A stretch of DNA of 64,000 nucleotides from an uncultured Gemmatimonadales bacterium. Lineage in GTDB: Bacteria > Gemmatimonadota > Gemmatimonadetes > Longimicrobiales > Gaopeijiaceae. The notes under the pieces were generated by a model, which saw only the letters and a program-made list of their open reading frames with translations, did no database searches and was not told the DNA's origin. The stretch lies in NCBI GenBank assembly GCA_963809895.1, contig CAWELD010000003.1:960001-1024000 (forward strand), read 5' to 3'. Positions 8,898 through 22,205 of this stretch are shown here, piece after piece (position 1 is the stretch's first letter; every line of letters begins with the position of its first letter). The position numbers and the translations under genes are program-made.

Positions 8898-11800
8898 ATG
8901 CACGCCCAACCTCGTCGCCGCACGGGTCTTTCCGTGGGTCGCACGCTCCTTCTGGCCCTGTTCGCGGCCGTTCCGCTCTCAGCGCAGCAACCCGCCAGCA
9001 TCGGGGCCGCCAGCCTCGCACAGGGCAGCCTGGACGCCATCACCTACCGGCACGTGGGTCCGGTGGGGAACCGCGTGAGCGCCGTCACGGGCGTTCCCGG
9101 CGACGCCAACGTGTACTTCGTGGGCGCCGCGTCGGGCGGCATCTGGCGGAGTCGCGACGGCGGCCATTCCTGGGATCCGATCTTCGACGACGAGGGCGTG
9201 CAGTCCATCGGCGCGCTGGCCGTGGCACCGTCGAACCACGACATCGTCTGGGCCGGCACCGGCGAGCCCTTCATCCGCTCCAACGTCTCTCACGGCAAGG
9301 GTGTGTTCCGCTCGCTCGACGGCGGGGACACCTGGGAGTCCGTGGGGCTGGAGAATACCGGCCGCATCGCGCGCATCGTCATCCATCCCACGAATCCGGA
9401 CATCGTTTACGTGGCTGCGCTCGGCCATCTCTACGGTGACCAGGAGGAGCGGGGCGTCTTCCGCACCACCGACGGCGGCGAGACCTGGGAGCGCGTCCTG
9501 TTCGTGGATCCGGGCACCGGCGCCTCGGACATCCTCATGAAGGCCGACGACCCCGACGTCTTGTTCGCCGGCATGTGGACCATGGTGATCCGCACCTGGG
9601 GCCGCTGGAGCGGGGGACCCAACGACGGGCTCTACATGAGCCGCGACGGGGGAGACACCTGGACGCGCCTGCGTGGCAACGGCCTGCCCACCGGCATCAC
9701 CGGCAAGATCGGCCTCGCCGGCACCCCGGCCGCGCCGGACCGCATCTTCGCCCTCATCGAGACCAACGCCAACCGGGACTTCGCGCCGCTGGATCAGCAC
9801 GAGGGCGTGCTGTGGCGCTCCGACGACGGCGGCGCCACCTGGGACATGATCAACGCCGACCACACCCTGGTGCAGCGGCCGGCCTACTACACGCGGGCCG
9901 CGGTGTCGCCCGACGATCCCGACGAGGTCCATTTCGTGGCCACCGCCTATACGGTATCCCACGACGGGGGCCTGTCGGTGCGCCGGGGAGGCGCCGGGGG
10001 CGACAACCACGACATCTGGATCGATCCCGAGATCCCCGACCGCATGATCGTGGGCAACGACGGGGGGATCGCCATCAGCACCAACCGCGGCCAGGACTGG
10101 TTCCGGCCCCTCCTGCCCATCGCCCAGATGTATCACGTGACCGTGGACACCCGGGTGCCCTACTTCCTGTACGGCAACCGCCAGGACGGCGGCTCGGCCC
10201 GGGTCCCGTCCAACTCGCTGGGCGGTGGCTCCATCCCCATCGGCGAGTGGACGGGGGTGGGGGGCTGCGAGAGCGGCTGGGCCGTGCCCGACACCGTGTC
10301 CAACGACGTGGTGTGGTCCGGATGCTACGAGGGGATCCTGGACCGCCACGTGATCTCCACGGGCCACTCGCGCACGGTGAGCGTGTGGCCCGACAATCCG
10401 GAGGGATGGCCCGCCGGCGACCTGCGCTACCGCTTCCAGTGGACCTTTCCGATCCACGTCTCGCCCCACGATCCCAACACCGTCTACGTGGGGAGCCAGC
10501 ACGTGCACCGCACCACCGACGGCGGCCAGAGCTGGCAGGTCATCAGCCCCGACCTGTCCACGGGGCTGGACTCGCTGCAGCGCAAGACGGGTGGGCTCAC
10601 CCCCGACGATGCCAGCCCTACCTACGCGGCCGTGCTCTTCGCCATCGCCGAGTCCCCCCTGCGTGAGGGGCTCATCTGGGCCGGCACCAACGACGGCAAG
10701 CTCCACGTCACCCGCAACGGCGGCGACACCTGGACCGACGTGAGCGCCAACGTGCCTGGGCTGCCGCCGCTGTCCACCATCTCCAGCATCGAGCCCTCCC
10801 GCTATCAGGAGGGGAAGGCCTACATCGCCGTGGACGCCCACCAACTCGGCGACTTCCGTCCGCTGGCGTGGGTGACCGACGACTACGGGGCTACCTGGCG
10901 CTCGCTCACCGACGACCTGCCCACCGGCCCGCTGGCCTTCCTGCACGTGGTGCGGGAGGACCCGTCCCGTCCGGGACTCCTGTACGCCGGAAGCGAGCAC
11001 GCGCTCTACACGAGCCTGGACGACGGCCACACCTGGGCGCCGCTCCAATCCAATCTGCCGCCGGCACCGGTGGACTGGATCACGATCCAGCCCCACTTCA
11101 ACGACCTGGTGGTGGCCACCTACGGGCGAGGCTTCTGGATCGCCGACGACATCACGCCGCTGCAGCAGATGACGCCCGAGGTGCTGGCGAGCTCGTCGCA
11201 CCTCTTCGAGCCCCGGGCCGCGTATCGGTTCCTGTCCCGCGCCGGGGTCTACAGCCAGCCCGGTGATCCCACGGTGGGGCACAACCCGGACTACGGCGCG
11301 TCGCTGAGCTGGTGGCTGGCCGACGATGCCGACGAGGTGACGCTGGAGATCCTGGACGAGTCCGGCGAGGTCGTGGCGGAGGTGCCGCGCGCCGGGAGCC
11401 ATGCCGGCCTCAACCGCACGACCTGGAACCTCCGCTTCACGCCCACGTCGCGCTCGCCCACGATCCGCACGAAGCCGCTGGAGCACGCCCACGTGGAGCT
11501 GGGACCCGACGGCACGCGCCGTCCGCCCGACGGCGGGCGGGTGTCGATCCTGGCGCCGCCCGGGCACTACACCGTGCGCCTCACCGCCGACGGCGAGGTG
11601 CACGAAGCGCCGCTGGAGGTGCTCATGGATCCGTCGTCGGAGGGGTCCATGGTGGGGATCCGCGCCCAGACGGCCATGCTGGAGGAGCTCCGCGACGAGG
11701 TGAACGAGCTCACCGACGTCATCGACCGCATCGAGGTCCTGCGGGCGGGCATCGGGCGCTCGCAGGACGCGCTGGGCGCAGGCGGTGACGGGGGCGGCGA

Positions 11801-12152
11801 TCTGGCGTCGGGCCTGGCCACCCTGGAGTCCCGCCTCGAGACCGTGGAGATGGACCTCTACGACCTGAGGCTCAGCGGGGGCTCGGCCGGGCAGGACAAC
11901 CTGCGCTGGCCCCGCCAGCTCTACGCCAAGCTCACCAGCCTGGCGGGCTACATCTCCGGTACCGACTTCCAGCCCACGGACCAGGCGGTGGAGGTGCACC
12001 GCCTCTACCAGGGCCGCCTCGCCGCGGTGAAGGAGACGCTGCAGACCATCGAGAACGGGCCGGTGGCGGAGCTGAACCGCCAGCTCACCTCCCGCGGGAT
12101 GCCCACGCTGGGCGACGCGGCCCGGAGGCCGGCGGCGGACGACATGCCATGA
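8898..12152 (+). CDS. VPS10/BNR-repeat secreted beta-propeller protein (glycosyl hydrolase-like)
   Basis: Signal peptide; many Asp-box repeats SxDGGxTW; C-terminal coiled-coil region. Confidence 0.88.
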   Translation: MHAQPRRRTGLSVGRTLLLALFAAVPLSAQQPASIGAASLAQGSLDAITYRHVGPVGNRVSAVTGVPGDANVYFVGAASGGIWRSRDGGHSWDPIFDDEGVQSIGALAVAPSNHDIVWAGTGEPFIRSNVSHGKGVFRSLDGGDTWESVGLENTGRIARIVIHPTNPDIVYVAALGHLYGDQEERGVFRTTDGGETWERVLFVDPGTGASDILMKADDPDVLFAGMWTMVIRTWGRWSGGPNDGLYMSRDGGDTWTRLRGNGLPTGITGKIGLAGTPAAPDRIFALIETNANRDFAPLDQHEGVLWRSDDGGATWDMINADHTLVQRPAYYTRAAVSPDDPDEVHFVATAYTVSHDGGLSVRRGGAGGDNHDIWIDPEIPDRMIVGNDGGIAISTNRGQDWFRPLLPIAQMYHVTVDTRVPYFLYGNRQDGGSARVPSNSLGGGSIPIGEWTGVGGCESGWAVPDTVSNDVVWSGCYEGILDRHVISTGHSRTVSVWPDNPEGWPAGDLRYRFQWTFPIHVSPHDPNTVYVGSQHVHRTTDGGQSWQVISPDLSTGLDSLQRKTGGLTPDDASPTYAAVLFAIAESPLREGLIWAGTNDGKLHVTRNGGDTWTDVSANVPGLPPLSTISSIEPSRYQEGKAYIAVDAHQLGDFRPLAWVTDDYGATWRSLTDDLPTGPLAFLHVVREDPSRPGLLYAGSEHALYTSLDDGHTWAPLQSNLPPAPVDWITIQPHFNDLVVATYGRGFWIADDITPLQQMTPEVLASSSHLFEPRAAYRFLSRAGVYSQPGDPTVGHNPDYGASLSWWLADDADEVTLEILDESGEVVAEVPRAGSHAGLNRTTWNLRFTPTSRSPTIRTKPLEHAHVELGPDGTRRPPDGGRVSILAPPGHYTVRLTADGEVHEAPLEVLMDPSSEGSMVGIRAQTAMLEELRDEVNELTDVIDRIEVLRAGIGRSQDALGAGGDGGGDLASGLATLESRLETVEMDLYDLRLSGGSAGQDNLRWPRQLYAKLTSLAGYISGTDFQPTDQAVEVHRLYQGRLAAVKETLQTIENGPVAELNRQLTSRGMPTLGDAARRPAADDMP

Positions 12153-13378
12153 AGGGCGATGGGATCCCGGACCTGCACGTAGCGTCCGAGGTCGGGCGCC
12201 TGCGCCGGGTGGTCCTGCACCGGCCGGACCTGAGCCTGCAGCGGCTGACGCCGTCCAACCGCGAGCGCTTCCTCTTCGATGAGGTGCTGTGGGTGCGCAA
12301 AGCGCGCGAGGACCACGACGTCTTCGCCGACGTGCTCCGCGAGCGGGACGTTGAAGTGCTCTACCTGCAGGACCTGCTGGCGGAGACGCTGGACCAGCCC
12401 GAGGCCCGGACATGGATTCTCGACGAGCGCATCACGGAGGCCCAGCACGGGGTGTTCGCCCACGAGCTCCGCCACGCGCTGCACGGCATGACCTCGGACG
12501 ATCTGGCCCGGCACCTGGTGGGTGGGCTCACCGTGGCCGAGCTCCCCTTCAAGCCCCGGGGCCTGGTGGCCGCCGTCGCCGAAGAGACCGACTTCGTGCT
12601 GCCGCCGCTCCCCAACCACCTGTTCACCCGCGACCCGTCGGCCTGGGTCTACGGGGGCGTGGTGATCTCGTCCATGGCCATGCCCGCCCGCTGGCGCGAA
12701 ACCGTGCACCTCAGGGCCATCTACCGCCATCATCCCCTCTTCACCGGCTCCGACTTCCACGTCTGGTACGACGGCGCCGAGCACGACCCGTTGCCGGCGA
12801 GCCTGGAGGGTGGCGACATCCTGGTGATCGGCAACGGCGCGGTGCTGGTGGGACTGAGCCAGCGCACCACACCCTACGCCGTGGAGCTGTTGGCGCGGGA
12901 TCTCTTCCGCCACAACGCCGCGGTGCGGGTGATCGCGGTGAGCCTGCCCCGGCTCCGGGCCTTCATGCATCTGGACACGGTCATGACCATGATCGACCGG
13001 GACGCCTTCTGCATCTTCCCGGGCGTCGCCGATGGCATGCGGGCTTGGAGCCTGAGGCCCTCCGGCGAAGACAGCCTGCAGGTGGATCCCGAGCCCGACC
13101 TCTTCCAGGCGCTGGCCGATGCGCTGAACCTGGGCCGGGTGCGCGTGGTGACCACGGGCGGCGACGAGTACCAGTCGGAGCGCGAGCAGTGGGACGACGG
13201 CAACAACGTGCTGGCGGTGGCGCCGGGCGTGGTGGTGGGCTACGACCGCAACGTGGACACCAACACCAAGCTGCGGAAGGCGGGCATCGAGGTGATCACG
13301 GTGCCGGGAAGCGAGCTGGGACGGGGCAGGGGAGGGGCGCGCTGCATGAGCTGTCCGCTGGCCCGGGATCCGGTATGA
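12149..13378 (+). CDS. arcA: Arginine deiminase
   Basis: [45 protein letters not shown]. Confidence 0.97.
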   Translation: MKGDGIPDLHVASEVGRLRRVVLHRPDLSLQRLTPSNRERFLFDEVLWVRKAREDHDVFADVLRERDVEVLYLQDLLAETLDQPEARTWILDERITEAQHGVFAHELRHALHGMTSDDLARHLVGGLTVAELPFKPRGLVAAVAEETDFVLPPLPNHLFTRDPSAWVYGGVVISSMAMPARWRETVHLRAIYRHHPLFTGSDFHVWYDGAEHDPLPASLEGGDILVIGNGAVLVGLSQRTTPYAVELLARDLFRHNAAVRVIAVSLPRLRAFMHLDTVMTMIDRDAFCIFPGVADGMRAWSLRPSGEDSLQVDPEPDLFQALADALNLGRVRVVTTGGDEYQSEREQWDDGNNVLAVAPGVVVGYDRNVDTNTKLRKAGIEVITVPGSELGRGRGGARCMSCPLARDPV

Positions 13379-13431
13379 CGCCGCCCCCACATCCCGCCGG
13401 CCTCCGTTCGCTCGCACGAGGCCGGCCGTGA
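13375..13431 (+). other. 18-codon mini-ORF ([18 protein letters not shown]) with a hairpin bridging arcA and arcC
   Basis: ATG overlaps arcA TGA; its TGA overlaps arcC GTG; inverted repeat GCCGGCCTC (13396-13404) / GAGGCCGGC (13418-13426). Confidence 0.45.
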
Positions 13432-14342
13432 GCCTGGTGGTGGCCGCTCTGGGCGGGAACGCGCTGCTGCGACGGGACGAGCCCCTCACCGACGAGGCGC
13501 AGGAGCGGAACGCCGCGGCGGCCTCACGGGCGCTGGCCGACGTGGCCCGGGAGCACAGCCTGGTGGTGACCCACGGCAACGGTCCACAGGTGGGGCTGCT
13601 GGCGCTCCAGGCCGAGGCGCTGGACCTGTTGCATCCCGTCCCTCTCGACGTGCTGGGCGCCCAGTCGGAGGGGATGATCGGCTACCTCCTGGAGCGGGGG
13701 CTGCGCCGGGAGTTGCCGAACGTGCCGGTGGCGGCGCTCCTCACCCAGGTCACGGTGGATCCCCACGATCCGGCCTTCCACGCCCCCACCAAGCCCATCG
13801 GTCCCGTGCTGGAGGAGGCGGAAGCCCGACGCCTGGCCGGGGAGCGCGGATGGAGCATCGCCCGCGACGGGCCCGGCTGGCGTCGGGTGGTGCCCTCGCC
13901 CGCGCCGGAAGGGATCGTGGAGCTGGAGGTGCTGCGCATTCTGGTGGATCACGGCGTGATCCCCGTGTGCGCGGGAGGCGGCGGAGTGCCGGTGGTGCCG
14001 GGACCCGACGGCGGGCTCCACGGGGTGGAGGCGGTGGTGGACAAGGACCTGACCGCCGCCCTGCTGGCCCGGGAGCTCCAGGCCGACCTCCTGGTCCTCC
14101 TCACCGATGTCGAGGGCATCCTGACCGACTTCGGCACCGAGCGCGCGCGGGTGCTGCCGCGCCTCACCCCCGACGAGCTCCGGGCCCTCGCCCTGCCGGC
14201 CGGCTCCATGGCCCCCAAGGCCGAGGCGTGCGCGCGCTTCGTCGAGGAGAGCGGACGGGAGGCCGCCATCGGCTCTCTGACCGATGCCCGTGCCGTGGTG
14301 GAGGGCCGCGCGGGAACCCGCATCGTGCCCGCGACCGACTGA
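13428..14342 (+). CDS. arcC: Carbamate kinase
   Basis: ALGGNALL, THGNGPQVG, PTKPIGP, RRVVPSP, GVEAVVDKD, GSMAPK. Confidence 0.97.
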   Translation: MSLVVAALGGNALLRRDEPLTDEAQERNAAAASRALADVAREHSLVVTHGNGPQVGLLALQAEALDLLHPVPLDVLGAQSEGMIGYLLERGLRRELPNVPVAALLTQVTVDPHDPAFHAPTKPIGPVLEEAEARRLAGERGWSIARDGPGWRRVVPSPAPEGIVELEVLRILVDHGVIPVCAGGGGVPVVPGPDGGLHGVEAVVDKDLTAALLARELQADLLVLLTDVEGILTDFGTERARVLPRLTPDELRALALPAGSMAPKAEACARFVEESGREAAIGSLTDARAVVEGRAGTRIVPATD

Positions 14343-14398
14343 GCGGCCGCCCGGCGACCGCCGGGCCGCGCCCCGTACACGGAACGGCGCGTCTGCTT

Positions 14399-14404
14399 TA
14401 CCTT
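14399..14404 (+). promoter_or_regulatory. Putative -10 hexamer TACCTT, leaderless prfC promoter
   Basis: TAnnnT exactly 7 nt before ATG 14412; no SD. Confidence 0.45.
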
Positions 14405-14411
14405 CCTGGCC

Positions 14412-16007
14412 ATGAACCAATCGTTGCACGACGAGGTCCGGCGCCGCCGGACCTTTGCCATCATCAGCCACCCGGACGCCGGGAAGACCACGCTCACCGA
14501 GAAGCTCCTCCTCTACGGCGGAGCCATCCATCTGGCGGGGTCCGTCAAGGCGCGCCGCGCCGCCCGCCACGCCACGTCCGACTGGATGGCCATGGAGCAG
14601 GAGCGGGGCATCAGCGTGACGTCGTCGGTGCTCCAGTTCGAGTACGGCGGCTACCGGGTGAACCTGCTGGACACCCCGGGCCACCAGGACTTTTCCGAAG
14701 ACACCTACCGCACGCTGGTGGCCGCCGATTCGGCGGTCATGCTGCTGGACAATCGGCGGGGCGTGGAGGAGCAGACCCGCAAGCTCTTCAACGTGTGCAA
14801 GCTGCGGCGCACCCCGGTCTTCACCCTGGTGAACAAGTGCGACCGCCCCGGCGAGGATCCCTTTCAGCTCCTGGACGACGTGGAGGCGGACCTGGGCGTG
14901 GCCTGTTATCCCATGACGTGGCCGCTGCACCGCGAGGGCCGCTTCGTCGGCGTCTACGACCGCTTCCACCGGCAGGTGCTCCTGTTCGCCCGTAGCGAGG
15001 ATCACGGCCAGTCCCGGGTGCACACCACCCAGGGCGCGCTCGACGACCCCGCGGTGGTCGCCGCCGCAGGCGAGGCGGCCCTGGCGCGTCTGCGTGAAGA
15101 GGTGGAGCTCCTGGACGCGGCCGGAGCCGAGTTCGACGAAGCCGCGGTGCGGGAGGGCACGCTGTCCCCCACCTTCTTCGCCTCGGCGCTCACCAACTTC
15201 GGGGTGGAGCCCTTCTTCCGGACCTTCCTGGAGCTGGCGCCGTCACCGCCGCCGCGGCCTACCTCCCAGGGACCGCTGTCCCCGGAATCCCCGGACTTCA
15301 CGGGCTTCGTCTTCAAGATCCAGGCGAACCTGGACCCCAAGCACCGGGACCGCATCGCCTTCGTGCGCGTCTGCTCGGGCCGCTTCGAGGCCGGTTCTGC
15401 GGCGACGAACCGCCGCACCGGCAAGGAGATCCGCCTGGCCCAGCCCCAGACCTTCATGGCCCGGGAGCGGCAAGCGGTGGAGGAAGCCTGGCCCGGCGAC
15501 GTGGTGGGCATCCACGACCGGGGGAGCCTGCGCATCGGCGACACGCTCACGGCCGGCCCCGAGCTGGACTTCAAGGACATCCCGCGGTTCTCGCCGGAGC
15601 ACTTCGCTCGCGTGAACATCCAGGATCCGCTTCGGCGCAAACACCTGGACACGGGACTGCGCCAGCTTTCCGAAGAAGGGGCCGCCCAGGTCTTCTACGC
15701 CGACTCCATCGCGGGCCCGGCGCCCATCGTGGGAGCCGTGGGTCCGCTGCAGTTCGACGTGCTCCTCCACCGGCTGGAGCACGAGTACGGCGTGGAGGCG
15801 CGCCTGGAACGGCTGCCCTACGTGGCGGCGCGCTGGATCACGGGGCCCGACGACGAGGTGGATCGGGTGCTGGCCGGGTACGACCGCGTGCGCGTGGAGG
15901 ACTCCCGCGGACGCCCGCTGGTGCTCTTCCAGAGCGAGTGGTCCATGCAGCGCGCCGAGGAAAAGGAGCGGGGCGGGCCGGTGGAGTTCCACGCGGTGGC
16001 GCCCTGA
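14412..16007 (+). CDS. prfC: Peptide chain release factor 3
   Basis: RRRTFAIISHPDAGKTTLTEKLLL, DTPGHQDFSEDTYRTL, FKIQANLDPKHRDRIAF. Confidence 0.98.
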   Translation: MNQSLHDEVRRRRTFAIISHPDAGKTTLTEKLLLYGGAIHLAGSVKARRAARHATSDWMAMEQERGISVTSSVLQFEYGGYRVNLLDTPGHQDFSEDTYRTLVAADSAVMLLDNRRGVEEQTRKLFNVCKLRRTPVFTLVNKCDRPGEDPFQLLDDVEADLGVACYPMTWPLHREGRFVGVYDRFHRQVLLFARSEDHGQSRVHTTQGALDDPAVVAAAGEAALARLREEVELLDAAGAEFDEAAVREGTLSPTFFASALTNFGVEPFFRTFLELAPSPPPRPTSQGPLSPESPDFTGFVFKIQANLDPKHRDRIAFVRVCSGRFEAGSAATNRRTGKEIRLAQPQTFMARERQAVEEAWPGDVVGIHDRGSLRIGDTLTAGPELDFKDIPRFSPEHFARVNIQDPLRRKHLDTGLRQLSEEGAAQVFYADSIAGPAPIVGAVGPLQFDVLLHRLEHEYGVEARLERLPYVAARWITGPDDEVDRVLAGYDRVRVEDSRGRPLVLFQSEWSMQRAEEKERGGPVEFHAVAP

Positions 16008-16065
16008 GGGGATCCCCCGGCTGGAGTGCCCGACGGCGCGTGCCGCCGATGCGCGTCTCGTGCCC

Positions 16066-17100
16066 TCAACGCCCGGTGAGAAGAGGCAGGAGCGGCGTGT
16101 ACACGACCCGGCCCGTCACCCGGCCGCGCTCGTCCATCCCCCCGACCAGCACCAGGTAGCCCGCGGCCCGGGCCAGCCCCCGGTGGTCCATGGACGGAGG
16201 GGGAGGCGGAAGGCGCCGCCACACACCGGTGTCCGAGTCCAGCAGCAGGGCCACCCCGTTGGGTTCGGACCGCTTCCCGTCGTAGCCCAGCCCGTCGAAG
16301 TTGTACGGCCTCTCCGTGCCACCGACGAGGACCACCCGGGTCCCGACGACCGCCGCCGCGCCCCGGTAGATGCCCGGACCGGGATGGTCCGGCAGCCGGC
16401 TCCACCGGATGCGAGCGGGGTCACTCGGGTCCAGCTCGCCCCGCCACACCGCCCGATTCAGCGCGTATCGCGGTGGGCCGTCGGTCTGGCGCACCCCATC
16501 GACGTAGAGGATCTCGTCCCGTACCACCCCGCCGGTGTGGCCGAAGACCGGAGTTCCGGGGATCGGCGTACCGGCGCGCCAGGTGTCGGTGGCGGGGTCG
16601 TAAAGCTGCACCGCGCGCACGTTGGTGCTGTCGCTCCACCCCGACACCAGCACCACCAGCGAATCCCGCCACACCCCGGACACGGCATCGTCCACGGGCA
16701 TGGGAATCGGTGCACCCGCGCTCCAGCGGTCCGTGTCGGGATCGTAGACGTCCACGCGACCGAGCGTGTGCTCGCTGCCGTCGGCGGCCACGGTATACCC
16801 GCCCAGCAGATAGATGCGCCCCTTCACGCTCTGGGCCGTGGCGGCGATCCGCCGGGGGCCGGGGGCCGGTGCCACCTCGGTCCAGGCATCGCTGCCCACG
16901 TTCCAGCGGAAGACCCGGTTGGTGATGCCGTCCCAACGCAGGGTCCCGTCGATGCCGGCCAGGCTGAACACTGCCGGCCCGTCGGCCGTCTCCACGCCCA
17001 CCACCGCGTTGTTGCTCACCGGCACCGGGAGTGCCGGTCCCTCCTGCCACGGTGCAGCGACCGCGGCCTGCAGCGCCAGGACGAGCGCCAGGCCCGTCAC
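16066..17100 (-). CDS. Secreted Kelch-repeat beta-propeller protein
   Basis: Signal peptide; repeats such as GRIYLLGGY...VDVYDPDTDRWSAGAPIP and VQLYDPATDTWRAGTPIP. Confidence 0.85.
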   Translation of the reverse strand: MTGLALVLALQAAVAAPWQEGPALPVPVSNNAVVGVETADGPAVFSLAGIDGTLRWDGITNRVFRWNVGSDAWTEVAPAPGPRRIAATAQSVKGRIYLLGGYTVAADGSEHTLGRVDVYDPDTDRWSAGAPIPMPVDDAVSGVWRDSLVVLVSGWSDSTNVRAVQLYDPATDTWRAGTPIPGTPVFGHTGGVVRDEILYVDGVRQTDGPPRYALNRAVWRGELDPSDPARIRWSRLPDHPGPGIYRGAAAVVGTRVVLVGGTERPYNFDGLGYDGKRSEPNGVALLLDSDTGVWRRLPPPPPSMDHRGLARAAGYLVLVGGMDERGRVTGRVVYTPLLPLLTGR

Positions 17101-17271
17101 GGCGCGACCCCCGCCGGCTGCGGAAAAGCAGGCGGGACGCGGAAATCGCGCGGATGTGCGAGGTCGGTCGGCATGGTTCTCGGAGCAGGGGTGGACGCAC
17201 GAGCCGGACCCGGTAGCTTCGGTGAGCCGGCCGCGCGGAGCAAGGGTGACGGAGGCCCTGCCACGGGCGTC

Positions 17272-17301
17272 TTGCCCCGCCCCTCATCCCTTGGATACCT
17301 T
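17272..17301 (+). promoter_or_regulatory. Putative sigma-70 promoter (TTGCCC-N18-TACCTT) for the kdsB-led operon, likely leaderless
   Basis: -10 hexamer at 17296-17301 is 7 nt before GTG 17309. Confidence 0.45.
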
Positions 17302-17308
17302 ATCTGGC

Positions 17309-19806
<2,498 letters not shown>

Positions 19807-19808
19807 CC

Positions 19809-20597
19809 ATGTTCGACCGCTTCACCCTCATCGCCGGGCCCTGCGTCCTGGAAGACGACGCCCTCAACCTCGAGGTGGGGCGTGAGCTCGTGCGCATGTC
19901 GGAAGCGCTCGAGCTTCCGGTGGTCTTCAAGGCGTCCTTCGACAAGGCCAACCGCTCCAAGTTGGACGCGCCTCGGGGGCCGGGGCTGCTGGAGGGCTTG
20001 CCGCTGCTGGACCGGGTGAAGGTGGAGACGGGCCTCCCGCTCCTCACCGACGTGCACGAGCCGGGGCAGTGCGGGCCCGCCGCCGAGGTCGTGGACGTGT
20101 TGCAGATTCCCGCGTTCCTGTGCCGTCAGACCGACCTGTTGGTGGCGGCGGGCGAGACGGGCCGGGCCGTCAACATCAAGAAAGGCCAGTGGATGGCGCC
20201 GGAAGAGATGACGGCGGCCGTGGACAAAGCCCGCCGGTCGGGAGCTCGCGAGGTGACGGTCACCGAGCGCGGCACCTTTTTCGGCTACGGGAACCTGGTG
20301 GTGGACATGCGCTCGTTCGCTCGCATCCGGGCGGCCGCGGGCGTGCCCGCCATCTTCGACGGCACCCACTCGGTGCAGCGTCCCGGGCGTGCCGACGGCG
20401 CCAGCGGGGGCGATCCCGAGCACATCCCGGCGCTGGTGCGCGCCGCGGTGGCGGCGGGGTGCGACGGCCTCTTCCTGGAGACCCACCCCGAGCCGTCGCG
20501 GGCCCCCTCGGACAGCACCAACATGCTGCCGCTGGCACGGCTGCCGGCGCTGCTGGCCGACGTGCTGGCCCTGCGCGAGGCGCTCGCCCGTGGCTGA
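19809..20597 (+). CDS. kdsA: KDO 8-phosphate synthase
   Basis: IAGPCVLE, FKASFDKANRS, QIPAFLCRQTDL, NIKKGQ, FDGTHSVQ. Confidence 0.97.
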   Translation: MFDRFTLIAGPCVLEDDALNLEVGRELVRMSEALELPVVFKASFDKANRSKLDAPRGPGLLEGLPLLDRVKVETGLPLLTDVHEPGQCGPAAEVVDVLQIPAFLCRQTDLLVAAGETGRAVNIKKGQWMAPEEMTAAVDKARRSGAREVTVTERGTFFGYGNLVVDMRSFARIRAAAGVPAIFDGTHSVQRPGRADGASGGDPEHIPALVRAAVAAGCDGLFLETHPEPSRAPSDSTNMLPLARLPALLADVLALREALARG

Positions 20598-21210
20598 GCA
20601 CTCCCGCAGGGCCGTGCCCGAAGCCGTGGTGGCGGCGTCGTCGACGCTGCCCGGCGAGATCGCCAGGCGGATCCGCCTGGTCATCTTCGACGTGGACGGC
20701 GTGCTCACCGACGCCGCCGTGTACCTGGGGCGCACGTCGGCCGGTGAGGCCGTGGAGCTCAAGCGCTTCGACATCCAGGACGGGCTGGGCATGAAGTTCC
20801 TGCTGGACGCCGGCATGCAGGTCGCCATGGTGTCGGGCCGCATGTCCGAAGCCACCACTCTGCGAGCCGAGGAACTGGGAATCGAGGAGTGCCATCAGGA
20901 CGCCGGGGCCGACAAGCTGCCCCTGGTGGAGGGCCTCCTCGAACGTCACGGCGTGACCTGGGCCGAGACCGCCATGCTCGCCGACGATCTCCCGGACCTG
21001 GCCGTCCTGAGCCGGGTGGGATTGCCCGCCGCGGTGGCCAACGCCCAGCCCGAGATCCGGGAGCGGGCCACCTGGGTGTCGCACCGTGCGGGCGGACACG
21101 GCGCGGCCCGGGAGTTCTGCCGCGCGCTGCTCACGGCCCGGGGCCAATGGGACCAGGTGTGCGCCGCGTACGTCGCCGCCAGGGGCGGCGATGCGGGAGG
21201 TGGCTCGTGA
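20590..21210 (+). CDS. kdsC: KDO 8-phosphate phosphatase (HAD)
   Basis: FDVDGVLTD, FDIQDGLG, GGHGAAREF; operon context. Confidence 0.93.
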   Translation: MAEHSRRAVPEAVVAASSTLPGEIARRIRLVIFDVDGVLTDAAVYLGRTSAGEAVELKRFDIQDGLGMKFLLDAGMQVAMVSGRMSEATTLRAEELGIEECHQDAGADKLPLVEGLLERHGVTWAETAMLADDLPDLAVLSRVGLPAAVANAQPEIRERATWVSHRAGGHGAAREFCRALLTARGQWDQVCAAYVAARGGDAGGGS

Positions 21211-22205
21211 GCGCCCCGGCCCGTACCGATGCGGCTCCCACGGCGGCGGACATCCTCGCCGAAGGCCGGCGCGTGCTGGAGGTGGAGGCGCGTGCGTTGG
21301 CCGGGCTGCCGGCTCGGCTCGACGAGCAGTTCGTGGAGGCGTGCCGGCTGGTGGCGCGGGCCCCGGGACGGGTGATCGTGTCGGGCATCGGCAAGAGCGG
21401 CATCATCGCGCGCAAGATCGCCGCGACCCTCACCTCGACGGGCACTCCGGCCACCTTCCTGCACCCGGTGGAGGGGCTCCACGGCGACCTGGGCATCGTC
21501 AGCCGCGACGACGTGGCGGTCCTGCTGTCCAAGAGCGGCGAGACCGGCGAGCTGGCCGGCCTCATCGACTATCTGCTGCGCCTGGGCGTGCCCATCGTGG
21601 CCATGACCGGACGCACCGACTCGTCGCTGGCTCGCCATGCCGCCATGGTCCTGGACTGCTCGGTGGACGAGGAGGCATGTCCCATGGATCTGGCCCCGAC
21701 CTCGTCCACCACGGCCACGCTGGCGGTGGGTGACGCGCTGGCCGTGGTGGTCCTGGGTCTCAAGGGATTCCATCCCGACGACTTCGCCCGCCTCCATCCC
21801 GGGGGCGCCCTGGGGCGCAAGCTCACGGTGCGCGTTCGTGACGTCATGGTGGCCGATGGGTACCCCAGCGTGCCCCGCGACGCCGTCATGCGCGCCACCG
21901 TGGTCCCCATCGCCGAGATGCGGGGCACCGTGCCCGTCGTGGACGTGGAGCGGCATGTAGTGGGGGTGGTGACCGCCGGTGACCTCACGCGCCTCATGGA
22001 GCGCGACGAAACCGGTTGGCCCGAGACGCGCGTGGAGGACGTCATGAGCCGTACGCCCCGGACGGCGGCGGCGGACGAACGCGGGTCGGCGGTGGTGCAC
22101 CGCATGGAGGAGGCGGGCGTGATGGCCATGCCCGTGGTGGATTCCGAGGGTCGCCTGGAGGGGGTCGTCCACCTCCACGACCTCATGAGAGCGGGGGCCG
22201 TATGA
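21207..22205 (+). CDS. kdsD: Arabinose 5-phosphate isomerase (SIS + 2 CBS)
   Basis: GIGKSGIIARKIAATLTSTGTPA, HGDLG, APTSSTT, HPGGALG, CBS pair. Confidence 0.96.
   Translation: MSAPARTDAAPTAADILAEGRRVLEVEARALAGLPARLDEQFVEACRLVARAPGRVIVSGIGKSGIIARKIAATLTSTGTPATFLHPVEGLHGDLGIVSRDDVAVLLSKSGETGELAGLIDYLLRLGVPIVAMTGRTDSSLARHAAMVLDCSVDEEACPMDLAPTSSTTATLAVGDALAVVVLGLKGFHPDDFARLHPGGALGRKLTVRVRDVMVADGYPSVPRDAVMRATVVPIAEMRGTVPVVDVERHVVGVVTAGDLTRLMERDETGWPETRVEDVMSRTPRTAAADERGSAVVHRMEEAGVMAMPVVDSEGRLEGVVHLHDLMRAGAV

Noticed and set aside
8979..12413. 1144-aa minus-strand ORF and similar long shadow ORFs (e.g. 18118-19761, 44789-46585, 52781-55162, 58211-60193)
   Set aside because: Antisense to well-supported genes; expected in high-GC DNA; no recognisable motifs
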